Shown piece by piece: positions 1 through 8,336 of a stretch of DNA of 13,465 nt. The translations under genes and the position numbers were made by a program. The notes beneath the pieces are model-generated. The model saw nothing but the letters and a program-made list of their open reading frames with translations, made no database searches and had not been told where the DNA came from. The first letter of the stretch is position 1, and each line of letters opens with the position of its first letter. The stretch is from a virus: UHGV virus genome UHGV-0042147; one strand, written 5' to 3'.

Positions 1-55
1 ATTTTTAAGAGCCTCACCTTCAATGGTGGTTAGTGCGTCCTGCTGATGTGCTTAG

Positions 56-116
56 TATCACCGCCAGTGGTATTTATGTCAACACCGCCAGAGATAATTT
101 ATCACCGCAGATGGTT
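56..116 (-). promoter_or_regulatory. Leftward operator/promoter OL1-OL2-OL3 with pL (lambda type)
   Basis: Three 17-bp operator sites: TATCACCGCCAGTGGTA (56-72), CAACACCGCCAGAGATA (80-96), TATCACCGCAGATGGTT (100-116). pL -10 (GATACT on minus strand, plus coords 54-59) and -35 (TTGACA, 77-82) overlap OL1/OL2. Matches lambda OL as I remember it. Confidence 0.9.
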
Positions 117-264
117 ATCTGTATGTTTTTTATATAGATTTATTTTTTTGCAGGGTTGTGTGGATTGGGAAGGTGATCGAGAGATCTGAATTGCGATGTT
201 TAGTGAGTTGTATCTATTAATTTTGAAATAAATACAATTGGTTATGCGTTTTTTGGGGGGCGTT

Positions 265-296
265 AGGCAAAGAAAACCCGGCGCAGATGCCGGGTT
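265..296 (-). terminator. Intrinsic terminator for leftward cI-operon transcript
   Basis: Perfect 6-bp GC stem CCCGGC (277-282) / GCCGGG (289-294) with 6-nt loop, extendable by two A-T pairs. On the minus strand the hairpin is followed by TTTTCTTTG. Lies just 3' of the 307-1212 gene stop. Confidence 0.6.
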
Positions 297-306
297 GTGG
301 TGGAGA

Positions 307-1212
307 TCAATGCTTATTTGGGAGTGCTGGTTTTTTTATCGACTCTAATAGCTCGGAGGCGTTACTAATCTTTTTGTTCCCAAGGTAATTTGGCAGTTTT
401 TCCATTGCGTAATTATCGTGTAGCCATTTTCTGAACACGCCAAGTGCCTCAATAGGATAAATCCAAGCTGTTATATGCTTATTTGCAGCTGACTGCCTGT
501 AATTTTCGGGGAATAAATGTGGGTACTGCACCCTTTCCCCGAATTTCTCAGATAGCCCATTAGCTGTCCAATACTTTCCCCAGTGAATTCCAACACTTCC
601 ATCCAAAGATGTGGTGTCATCCATTGGGAATCCTCCTCCGATCAGGTTCATGGCAATGTCAGCTATCTCTCTGAATACTGCAAAATGAGTTGTCGGTATC
701 TGATCGTTTAGCTTAATCCTTGCTCTATAGTTCTCGAATGAGATATCTATTGAAGCATTTGGGTTGTAATTTGACTTTTCATAAATCATTCGCTTAAGCG
801 TGTACTCAGCCAAGCGAACAAAATTACCTATTGCGACTGACCTATCAAAATTGGTGGCATCTAGAGCGTAGTAACGGAGGATAGCCATGCAAACATAGTC
901 AGGATAAGCATGAGTTTCCACGTTTGAGCTATTTAAAACGCGAGTGTATAGCTTTTCGACGTTATGAAACCCTTTCTCAGCTAAATACGCAGCTACTTTT
1001 TGACCTCTGGGTTTGTTTTTCTCTGTGTTCCAGTTTGATGTGAACACCCTCAGTGGCGTGTCATCAATGCCGCATAACTTTGCGAGACCGTAGAGAGTTA
1101 GGTAAGGAGTTCCATCATTGAGAACGCCCATAGGAATATCATCAGAAACAACCTCTACTACAGGGAAAAGCTGCATTTGATGCAGGGATTCGCTATTGCT
1201 GTTAATCGACAT
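307..1212 (-). CDS. Hypothetical 301-aa protein at the rexAB position; N-terminal KilA-N-like domain; candidate exclusion/abortive-infection protein (BstA-like architecture)
   Basis: Uninterrupted 301-codon ORF co-oriented with and directly downstream of cI, between cI and OL. No resemblance to lambda RexA or RexB as remembered. N-terminal segment (GTPYLTLYGLAKLCGI...YPDYVCMAILRY) resembles KilA-N/APSES-type DNA-binding domains. Function is inferred from position and rough domain pattern only. Confidence 0.8.
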   Translation of the reverse strand: MSINSNSESLHQMQLFPVVEVVSDDIPMGVLNDGTPYLTLYGLAKLCGIDDTPLRVFTSNWNTEKNKPRGQKVAAYLAEKGFHNVEKLYTRVLNSSNVETHAYPDYVCMAILRYYALDATNFDRSVAIGNFVRLAEYTLKRMIYEKSNYNPNASIDISFENYRARIKLNDQIPTTHFAVFREIADIAMNLIGGGFPMDDTTSLDGSVGIHWGKYWTANGLSEKFGERVQYPHLFPENYRQSAANKHITAWIYPIEALGVFRKWLHDNYAMEKLPNYLGNKKISNASELLESIKKPALPNKH

Positions 1213-1298
1213 ATCTTAATGATTTCCTTATTTTTATTGTAGGGATCTTCTTTTTTATTTCCTACATCTAGATGCGTATAAAGTCTCTTGCTGCGGAC

Positions 1299-2088
<790 letters not shown>

Positions 2089-2103
2089 GGTTGCATGTAC
2101 TAA

Positions 2104-2313
<210 letters not shown>

Positions 2314-2320
2314 ATAACCC

Positions 2321-2352
2321 CGCTCTTACACATTCCAGCCCTGAAAAAGGGC
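2321..2352 (+). promoter_or_regulatory. nutR (N-utilisation site: boxA + boxB hairpin)
   Basis: boxA CGCTCTTAC (2321-2329) and boxB GCCCTGAAAAAGGGC (2338-2352), a 5-bp stem with GAAAA loop, placed as in lambda between cro and cII. The rho-dependent tR1 region would follow (about 2353-2430) but cannot be defined from sequence. Confidence 0.85.
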
Positions 2353-2431
2353 ATCAAATTAAACCACACCTATGGTGTATGCATTTATTTGCATACATTC
2401 AATCAATTGTTATCTAAGGAAATACTTACAT

Positions 2432-2710
2432 ATGCAACTTACAAGTACTCGCAAGAAAGCGAATGCAATTACAAGCAACATCCTGAATCGAATTGCTGTA
2501 CGTGGCCAGCGAAAGGTTGCCGACGCGTTAGGGATTAATGAATCGCAAATTTCGCGATGGAAAGACAGCTTCATCCCAAAAATGGGAATGCTTCTGGCTG
2601 TTCTTGAATGGGGTGTTGAAGACGAGGAGTTGGCGGAACTGGCTAAGCAAGTAGCCAGAATGCTGACAAAAGAAAAGCCTCAAGACTGCTGCAACAGTTT
2701 TGAGGCCTGA
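2432..2710 (+). CDS. cII: CII-like transcriptional activator
   Basis: Start at ATG 2432, preceded by TAAGGA (2415-2420). 92 aa with the CII-family motif ...SQISRWK...P.....LLAVLEWGV.... The ORF track's 2372 start is an upstream in-frame extension into nutR/tR1 and is unlikely. Confidence 0.85.
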   Translation: MQLTSTRKKANAITSNILNRIAVRGQRKVADALGINESQISRWKDSFIPKMGMLLAVLEWGVEDEELAELAKQVARMLTKEKPQDCCNSFEA

Positions 2711-2744
2711 TGTAGAAAGACTGGATCAATCCACAGGAGTAATT

Positions 2745-2906
2745 ATGACAAAACGTCGTAAGAAATACCAGGAAAAAGAAGAGATTCGACACCCTGATTC
2801 ACCTGAGGGATTAGTGGTAGCCGCAGCAAATAACAGGGCGTTCGCAGAGCGCCTTGTTGGTGTTTACAGACTAGCCAAAGCAGGAGTGAAACATGGGCGT
2901 CGTTAA
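2745..2906 (+). CDS. Small basic hypothetical protein (53 aa) between cII and O
   Basis: ATG at 2745 with GGAG 5 nt upstream (2736-2739). 53 codons, lysine/arginine-rich N-terminus. The 3' end overlaps the O start by 14 nt. No recognisable family. Confidence 0.35.
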   Translation: MTKRRKKYQEKEEIRHPDSPEGLVVAAANNRAFAERLVGVYRLAKAGVKHGRR

Positions 2907-3811
2907 GTTAGCTGATTACAGGCCTCAACTGGAGGTCGTGGAGCATCGCGTGGCAGAACTCGAAGATGGCTACACTCGGACTGCAAACACACTGTTAGAA
3001 GCCGCCATGCTTTCTGGACTTACTCTACATCAGTTACTGATTGTTATGGCTGTGTGGCGCAAGACATACGGTTACAACAAAAAAATAGATTGGATCGGAA
3101 ACGAACAGTTCGCTGAACTCACTGGCATGGCACCAACCAAATGCTCTACCGCCAAAAACGAGCTTATCAGAATGGGAGTTCTCATTCAGGTGGGGCGTCA
3201 AGTTGGTATGAATACAAACATTTCCGAGTGGAAAACGAAAGTTAACGGATTCGGTAAAACATTTACCAATTCGGTAAAACAAACCTTCACCAAATCGGTA
3301 AAAAGCAATTTACCGAATCAGTCAAACACAAAAGACAATATACAAAAGACAATAAATACAAATACCCCCTTACCCCCCCCCCCNNNNNNNNNNNNNNNNN
3401 NNNNNNNNNNNNNNNNNNNNNNNNNNNNNNNNNNNNNNNNNNNNNNNNNNNNNNNNNNNNNNNNNNNNNNNNNNNNNNNNNNNNNNNNNNNNNNNNNNNN
3501 NNCGCAAGGCAGAACGAATCGACTATGAATCCTTCCTGAACGCCTACAACACCGAAGTCGGTGACAGACTGCCACACGCTGTTGCGGTCAACGAGAAACG
3601 CAAACGTCGCCTGAAGAAAATCATTCCGCAACTGAAAACGCCAAACGTGGACGGTTTCAGAGCGTATGTCAGGGCGTTTGTGCATCAGGCCAAGCCGTTT
3701 TACTTCGGAGACAACGACACTGGCTGGACGGCAGATTTTGATTACCTGCTGAGGGAAGATTCGTTAACGGGAGTACGGGAAGGGAAGTTTGCAGACAGGG
3801 GGATTGCATGA
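2893..3811 (+). CDS. O: Replication initiator O-like protein (iteron-binding N-terminal domain, P22 gene 18-like C-terminal domain), interrupted by an N run
   Basis: N-terminal part (2893-3383) matches the lambda O N-domain pattern (LEDGY.R..N.LLEA...L...Q..I..A..RKTYG.NK..D.I...Q..E.TG......[10 protein letters not shown]). The ori iterons lie inside it. After the N run a 102-codon frame (3503-3811: [39 protein letters not shown]...) ends with TGA 3809-3811, overlapping the helicase ATG at 3808. Frame across the gap cannot be verified. Confidence 0.8.
3249..3318. repeat. Replication origin iterons inside the O gene
   Basis: Direct repeats ATTCGGTAAAAC at 3249-3260 and 3269-3280, a degenerate copy AATCGGTAAAAAG at 3293-3305, and an inverted copy TTTACCGAAT at 3309-3318, at about 20-24 bp spacing. 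Followed by an A/T-rich segment with a 13-bp direct repeat ACAAAAGACAATA (3328-3340, 3342-3354). Same layout as lambda ori. Confidence 0.75.
3384..3502. other. Run of 119 N (unresolved sequence, probable assembly gap) after an 11-C homopolymer
   Basis: N characters at 3384-3502, directly after the C run at 3373-3383. Confidence 0.99.
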
Positions 3812-5184
3812 GACAGGATATCGAAGCGAGCGTTATCGGTGGCTTGCTGATTGGTGGATTAACACCAACCGCCAGCGACGTTCTGGCAACGCTGGAGCCG
3901 GAAGCGTTTTCAATTCCGCTCTACCGGAAAGCCTTCGAAGTTATCCGCAAGCAGGCGAGAAACAGAAACCTAATCGACGCGCTGATGGTTGCCGAGGCGT
4001 GCGGAGAGGAGCATTTCACGTCAATCCTGATGACCAGCAAAAACTGCCCGAGTGCCGCAAACCTGAAGGGATATGCCGGAATGGTCGCGGATAACTATCA
4101 CCGCCGTCTGGTGCTGGAAATCATGGATGAAATGCGTGAACCAATTCAGAGCGGAACCATCGACGCATCGAGTCAGGCGATGGATGAGCTTGTAAAGCGT
4201 CTTTCAGCCATCAGAAAGCCCCGTGACGAGGTTAAACCGGTACGGTTAGGGGAAATCATCACCGACTACACTGACACGCTTGACAGGCGTCTGAGGAACG
4301 GAGAAGAGTCAGATACCCTGAAGACCGGAATCGAAGAACTTGATGCCATCACCGGAGGGATGAACGCGGAAGACCTGGTGATAATCGCTGCTCGTCCTGG
4401 TATGGGGAAAACCGAACTGGCGCTGAAGATTGCCGAAGGCGTTGCAAGCCGCGTTATTCCTGGTTCTGACGTCCGGCGCGGAGTGTTGATTTTCTCGATG
4501 GAAATGAGCGCATTGCAGATTGCAGAGCGAAGCATTGCCAACGCCGGGAGGATGTCGGTTAGCGTACTGCGAAATCCTGCATCGATGGATGACGAAGGCT
4601 GGGCGCGTGTTGCTAACGGCATGAGTCAGCTTGCAGATTTGGATGTATGGGTAGTCGATGCCTCGCGGTTATCGGTAGAAGAAATTCGCTCAATCGCAGA
4701 GCGGCACAAACAGGAAAATCCAAACCTGTCACTCATCATGGCGGATTATCTTGGCCTGATTGAGAAGCCGAAAGCAGACCGCAACGACCTCGCAATTGCT
4801 CACATCTCAGGAAGCCTGAAGGCGATGGCGAAAGACCTGAAAACGCCAGTTATATCCCTAAGTCAGCTTTCGCGCGATGTTGAGAAGCGACCAAATAAAC
4901 GCCCGACAAACGCAGATTTGCGTGATTCAGGAAGCATTGAACAGGACGCAGACTCAATCATCATGCTCTATCGGGAAGCGGTATATGACGAGAACAGTAG
5001 CGCCGCGCCATTTGCTGAAATCATTGTGACGAAAAACCGTTTTGGCTCGCTTGGTACGGTTTACCAGCGGTTCTGCAACGGACACTTTGTTGCATGTGAC
5101 CAGGATGAAGCCAGACAGATTTGCACAGCATCAAATGCACCTGCTGCGCGTGGCAGACGATATGCACAAGGGGCTGACGTATGA
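3808..5184 (+). CDS. Replicative DNA helicase, DnaB family (phage P22 gene 12-like)
   Basis: 458-aa ORF. Walker A ARPGMGKT, Walker B-like [11 protein letters not shown], DnaB C-terminal motifs ([22 protein letters not shown]). Start overlaps the O stop (ATGA). P22 gp12 is also 458 aa. Confidence 0.93.
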   Translation: MRQDIEASVIGGLLIGGLTPTASDVLATLEPEAFSIPLYRKAFEVIRKQARNRNLIDALMVAEACGEEHFTSILMTSKNCPSAANLKGYAGMVADNYHRRLVLEIMDEMREPIQSGTIDASSQAMDELVKRLSAIRKPRDEVKPVRLGEIITDYTDTLDRRLRNGEESDTLKTGIEELDAITGGMNAEDLVIIAARPGMGKTELALKIAEGVASRVIPGSDVRRGVLIFSMEMSALQIAERSIANAGRMSVSVLRNPASMDDEGWARVANGMSQLADLDVWVVDASRLSVEEIRSIAERHKQENPNLSLIMADYLGLIEKPKADRNDLAIAHISGSLKAMAKDLKTPVISLSQLSRDVEKRPNKRPTNADLRDSGSIEQDADSIIMLYREAVYDENSSAAPFAEIIVTKNRFGSLGTVYQRFCNGHFVACDQDEARQICTASNAPAARGRRYAQGADV

Positions 5185-5264
5185 CCATCTACATCACTGA
5201 GCTGATAGCAGGCCTGCTGGTAATCGCAGGCCTTTTTATTTGGGGGAGGGTAAATCGTGGCTGA
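5181..5264 (+). CDS. Tiny hydrophobic peptide (27 aa), putative
   Basis: ATG 5181 overlaps the helicase stop (ATGA). Encodes [27 protein letters not shown] with one hydrophobic helix. Too short to support without other evidence. Confidence 0.3.
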   Translation: MTIYITELIAGLLVIAGLFIWGRVNRG

Positions 5265-5463
5265 GTTAATTTTCTCTGCATTGAGGATTCTCGGTGCTAT
5301 GTGGATGGTGGCGACGTTCATTGTTGTTGCCAGCAGTTTTGTCCGGTTGGTAGGCGAAGGTAAAGACCTGGTGGGTGTGCTTTTCGGTAGCATTTTCCTG
5401 TGGGTGATTATCGGTGTTATGCCTGTTGTCGTAGCAAAAGTGGCGTGGCGTTTTGTGAGTTGA
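5257..5463 (+). CDS. Small membrane protein (68 aa, two predicted transmembrane helices)
   Basis: GTG start 5257, 7 nt after GGAGG (5245-5249), overlapping the stop of the 27-aa ORF. Two hydrophobic segments (ILGAMWMVATFIVVASSFV and VLFGSIFLWVIIGVMPVVVA). Stop 5461-5463 sits just before the ninB RBS. Confidence 0.45.
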   Translation: MAELIFSALRILGAMWMVATFIVVASSFVRLVGEGKDLVGVLFGSIFLWVIIGVMPVVVAKVAWRFVS

Positions 5464-5470
5464 GGTAACG

Positions 5471-5917
5471 ATGAAGCAAATATACATGCTTCGCAACGAA
5501 GCAATCAGAAATAACGCCATAGACGCAATACTCTCACTTCCCATCGACGACAAGTCACCTCATGAAGTCCACGTTAGAGAACCCAAACGCAGCAAAGCGC
5601 AGAATGACCGTATGTGGCCGATGCTGAACGATGTTTCGCGTCAGGTGCTATGGCATGGTCAACGGCTGGCGCCGGAAGACTGGAAAGACCTGTTCACTGC
5701 CCTGTGGCTTAAGACCAAAAAACTGGAGCAACGAAGTGTGCCTGGTATCGATGGTGGCGTTGTCATGCTTGGCGTGCGTACCAGCAAAATGCGAAAGGCC
5801 AGCATGACTGAGCTTATCGAAATCATGTTCTGGTTCGGCTCAGAGCGCAACGTGCGATGGAGTGATGACTCCCGGCGAGAGTATGAATGGTCACAACGAA
5901 AAGGGAAGGCTGCATGA
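5471..5917 (+). CDS. ninB: NinB (Orf-family recombination mediator)
   Basis: 148 aa. Motifs shared with lambda NinB as remembered: QN..W..L.DVSRQV.WHG, ...W...F.A, C-terminal WSD......EW....G..AA. Confidence 0.9.
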   Translation: MKQIYMLRNEAIRNNAIDAILSLPIDDKSPHEVHVREPKRSKAQNDRMWPMLNDVSRQVLWHGQRLAPEDWKDLFTALWLKTKKLEQRSVPGIDGGVVMLGVRTSKMRKASMTELIEIMFWFGSERNVRWSDDSRREYEWSQRKGKAA

Positions 5918-6441
5918 CTATCAAATCAAATACGCCAGCACACGACAAGGACTGCTGGCAAACGCCGCTTTGGCTTTTTGATGCACTGGATATTGAGTTT
6001 GGATTCTGGCTGGATTCGGCAGCGAGCGACAAAAATGCTCTGTGTGCTCACTGGCTAACTGAGGCCGACGACGCGCTCAATTCTGAGTGGGTAAGCCACG
6101 GTGCAATCTGGAATAACCCACCGTACAGCAATATCAGGCCGTGGGTGGAAAAAGCCGCTGAGCAGTGCATACAACAACGACAGACGGTAGTGATGCTTGT
6201 GCCAGAGGATATGTCTGTCGGATGGTTCAGCAAGGCTCTGGAGAGTGTTGACGAAGTTCGCATCATCACTGATGGACGGATTAATTTTATCGAACCATCG
6301 ACAGGGCTGGAGAAGAAGGGAAACAGCAAAGGCTCAATGCTGCTGATTTGGCGACCGTTCATCAGTCCTCGACGGATGTTTACCACCGTATCCAAAGCGG
6401 CATTGATGGCGATCGGGCAGGGCGTCAGGAGGGCTGCATGA
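5914..6441 (+). CDS. Phage-type DNA N6-adenine methyltransferase (Dam family, orphan)
   Basis: Start ATG 5914 overlaps the ninB stop (ATGA); RBS AAGGGAAGG at 5901-5909. N-terminal [27 protein letters not shown] and catalytic NPPY motif (WNNPPYSN). No adjacent restriction endonuclease. Occupies the lambda ninC position. Confidence 0.85.
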   Translation: MTIKSNTPAHDKDCWQTPLWLFDALDIEFGFWLDSAASDKNALCAHWLTEADDALNSEWVSHGAIWNNPPYSNIRPWVEKAAEQCIQQRQTVVMLVPEDMSVGWFSKALESVDEVRIITDGRINFIEPSTGLEKKGNSKGSMLLIWRPFISPRRMFTTVSKAALMAIGQGVRRAA

Positions 6442-6620
6442 GACGACAGCGACGAAGTATCACCGACATCATCTGCGAAAACTGCAAATACCTTCCAACG
6501 AAACGCTCCAGAAATAAACGCAAGCCAATCCCAAAAGAATCTGACGTAAAAACCTTCAACTACACGGCTCACCTGTGGGATATCCGGTGGCTAAGACATC
6601 GTGCGAGGAATACAAGGTGA
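6438..6620 (+). CDS. ninE: NinE
   Basis: 60 aa [60 protein letters not shown] matches lambda NinE as remembered. ATG 6438 overlaps the methyltransferase stop. Confidence 0.8.
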   Translation: MRRQRRSITDIICENCKYLPTKRSRNKRKPIPKESDVKTFNYTAHLWDIRWLRHRARNTR

Positions 6621-6787
6621 TTGACCCAAATCGAAGTTACGAACAAGAAAGCGTCGAGCGGGCTTTAACGTGCGCTAACTGCGGTCAGAAGCTGCATGTG
6701 CTGGAAGTTCACGTGTGCGCCGATTGCTGCGCAGAACTGATGAGCGATCCGAATAGCTCAATGTACGAGGAAGAAGACGATGAATGA
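6617..6787 (+). CDS. ninF: NinF
   Basis: GTG start 6617 overlaps the ninE stop (GTGA). 56 aa with CANCGQ...HVCADCC zinc-ribbon-like cysteines and an acidic C-terminus, as in lambda NinF. Confidence 0.7.
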   Translation: MIDPNRSYEQESVERALTCANCGQKLHVLEVHVCADCCAELMSDPNSSMYEEEDDE

Positions 6788-7502
6788 GTTAATAAATGGC
6801 AATGCCATCAAAATGACAAGCATTGAAATCGCTGAGTTGGTGGGAAGTCGTCCAGATAACGTAAAAATATCAATAGAGCGCCTGGCTAAATCTGGAGTTA
6901 TTCAACTTCCTGCATTGCAGGTTTTCGAAAAAATCAATAACTTAGGACTGCGCCGTAGTGTCGAGGCTTACGTCTTCGAAGGCGAACAAGGTAAGCGCGA
7001 CAGCATTATTGTCGTTGCCCAGTTGTCGCCGGAATTCACCGCTCGCCTTGTTGACCGTTGGCGAGAGCTTGAAGAAGCTGCGGTTAATATCCCCAAAACG
7101 TTACCGGAAGCGTTGCGCCTTGCTGCTGATCTTGCTGAGCAGAAAATGCAACTGGAAAACCAGCTCGCAATTGCCGCACCTAAAGTTGAGTTTGCCGATC
7201 GCGTTGGCGAGGCCAGCGGAATTTTGATTGGAAACTTTGCAAAGGTTGTCGGTATTGGTCCAAACAAACTGTTTGCGTGGATGCGCGATCACAAAATCCT
7301 TATTGCTTCAGGTTCCCGGCGCAATGTGCCAATGCAGGAATATATGGATCTCGGCTATTTCACAGTGAAAGAAACAGCGGTCAACACAAATCACGGAATA
7401 CAGATATCGTTCACCACAAAAATCACCGGGCGTGGTCAACAGTGGCTGACCAGAAAGCTGCTCGATAACGGAATGCTGAAAGTAACAGGGGAGGCTGCTT
7501 AA
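6780..7502 (+). CDS. Rha-family / KilAC-domain antirepressor-like protein
   Basis: 240 aa. N-terminal Rha/AntA-like segment (MTSIEIAELVGSRPDNV). C-terminal antirepressor KilAC-like segment (GILIGNFAKVVGIGPNKLFAWMRDHKILI...YMDLGYFTVKE). Start overlaps the ninF stop. Confidence 0.75.
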   Translation: MNELINGNAIKMTSIEIAELVGSRPDNVKISIERLAKSGVIQLPALQVFEKINNLGLRRSVEAYVFEGEQGKRDSIIVVAQLSPEFTARLVDRWRELEEAAVNIPKTLPEALRLAADLAEQKMQLENQLAIAAPKVEFADRVGEASGILIGNFAKVVGIGPNKLFAWMRDHKILIASGSRRNVPMQEYMDLGYFTVKETAVNTNHGIQISFTTKITGRGQQWLTRKLLDNGMLKVTGEAA

Positions 7503-7792
7503 TGGCTAATCTACGCAAAGAAGCACGCGGCAGAGAATGCCAGGTACGTATTTACGGCGTATGCAATGGTAATCCTGAAACTACAGTTCTGGCACATTAC
7601 CGGATGGCTGGAATTTGCGGAACGGGAATGAAGCCTGACGACCTGATCGGCGCATGGGCTTGTAGCGCGTGTCACGATGAAATCGACCGACGCACCCATA
7701 ATCTCGACAACAAAGACGCCAGACTTTACCACCTCGAAGGCGTGATCAGGACGCAGGCGATACTACTGAAGGAGGGGAAGATTAAGCCATGA
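7502..7792 (+). CDS. ybcO: DUF1364-family protein (ybcO-like, putative zinc-binding nuclease-like)
   Basis: 96 aa with RGRECQVR...CNGNPETTVLAH...CSACHDEIDRR. Resembles DLP12 ybcO as remembered and, like it, sits directly upstream of rusA. Start overlaps the preceding stop (TAATG). Confidence 0.7.
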   Translation: MANLRKEARGRECQVRIYGVCNGNPETTVLAHYRMAGICGTGMKPDDLIGAWACSACHDEIDRRTHNLDNKDARLYHLEGVIRTQAILLKEGKIKP

Positions 7793-8151
7793 ACGAATAT
7801 CAGTTTGTGCTTCCATACCCGCCGTCGGTGAATACCTACTGGCGAAGACGGGGAAGCCAATACTACATCAGCGATAAAGGCCAGAAATACCGAAAAGACG
7901 TTCAGCAAATCATCCGCCAACTTAAGTTAGACATTTTCACCAAATCACGACTCCGCATCAAAGTAATCGCAGACGTTCCGGACTCCCGCCGCCGCGACCT
8001 CGACAACATCCTGAAAGGTTTACTCGACTCCCTTATCCACGCCGGATTTGCGGAAGACGACGAGCAATTCGATGACATTCGCGTAATTCGTGGTGTGAAA
8101 GTACCAGGTGGAAGGCTTGGAATAAAAATCACCGAACTGGAGAACGCATGA
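7789..8151 (+). CDS. rusA: RusA Holliday-junction resolvase
   Basis: 120 aa. LPYPPSVNTYW, RRRDLDN and a C-terminal GGRLGIKITEL block characteristic of RusA. ATGA overlap with the upstream gene. Confidence 0.9.
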   Translation: MNEYQFVLPYPPSVNTYWRRRGSQYYISDKGQKYRKDVQQIIRQLKLDIFTKSRLRIKVIADVPDSRRRDLDNILKGLLDSLIHAGFAEDDEQFDDIRVIRGVKVPGGRLGIKITELENA

Positions 8152-8336
8152 ACGCCACAATTCAAACGATACCAGAGCTTCTTATCCAGACACGAGGCAA
8201 TCAGACCGAAGTGGCAAGGATGCTTTCCTGCGCAAGAGGAACAGTGCTCAAGTACAACCGAGACAGCAAAGGCGAGCGTCACGTAATAGTTAACGGCGTC
8301 CTGATGGTCAAACAGGGCAAAAGGGGAAGGCCATGA
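8148..8336 (+). CDS. ninH: NinH (Fis-like HTH protein)
   Basis: 62 aa. ...TIPELL....GNQTEVARML.C.RGTV.KY... matches the lambda NinH pattern. ATGA overlap with rusA. Confidence 0.8.
   Translation: MNATIQTIPELLIQTRGNQTEVARMLSCARGTVLKYNRDSKGERHVIVNGVLMVKQGKRGRP

Noticed and set aside
1-55. Possible nutL at the left edge of the window
   Set aside because: nutL should lie downstream of the pL start, leftward of about position 47; no boxA/boxB pair is visible in 1-55, so it probably lies beyond the window.
3249-3318. Short direct repeats considered as a possible CRISPR array
   Set aside because: Repeat unit is only about 12 bp with variable spacing, sits inside the O coding sequence and includes an inverted copy; this is the pattern of replication-origin iterons.
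3034-3685. Minus-strand ORFs 3034-3282, 3287-3685 and 3318-3575 overlapping O and the N run
   Set aside because: Antisense to the O gene, and two of them are open only because they read through N characters translated as X.
3789-4094. Alternative-frame 101-aa ORF at the start of the helicase gene
   Set aside because: Out-of-frame overlap with a well-supported DnaB-family ORF; Arg/Gly-rich composition typical of a frame artefact in GC-rich coding sequence.
4266-6572. Minus-strand ORFs (4266-4622, 5061-5504, 5266-5553, 5659-5850, 5823-6032, 6048-6572) across helicase, ninB and the methyltransferase
   Set aside because: All are antisense to a tightly packed, translationally coupled + strand operon and lack ribosome-binding sites.
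6958-7920. Overlapping ORFs on both strands (6958-7227, 6968-7267, 7101-7292, 7277-7468, 7511-7732, 7726-7920) within the Rha/KilAC, ybcO and rusA genes
   Set aside because: Nested inside better-supported genes with recognisable domains; no start signals.
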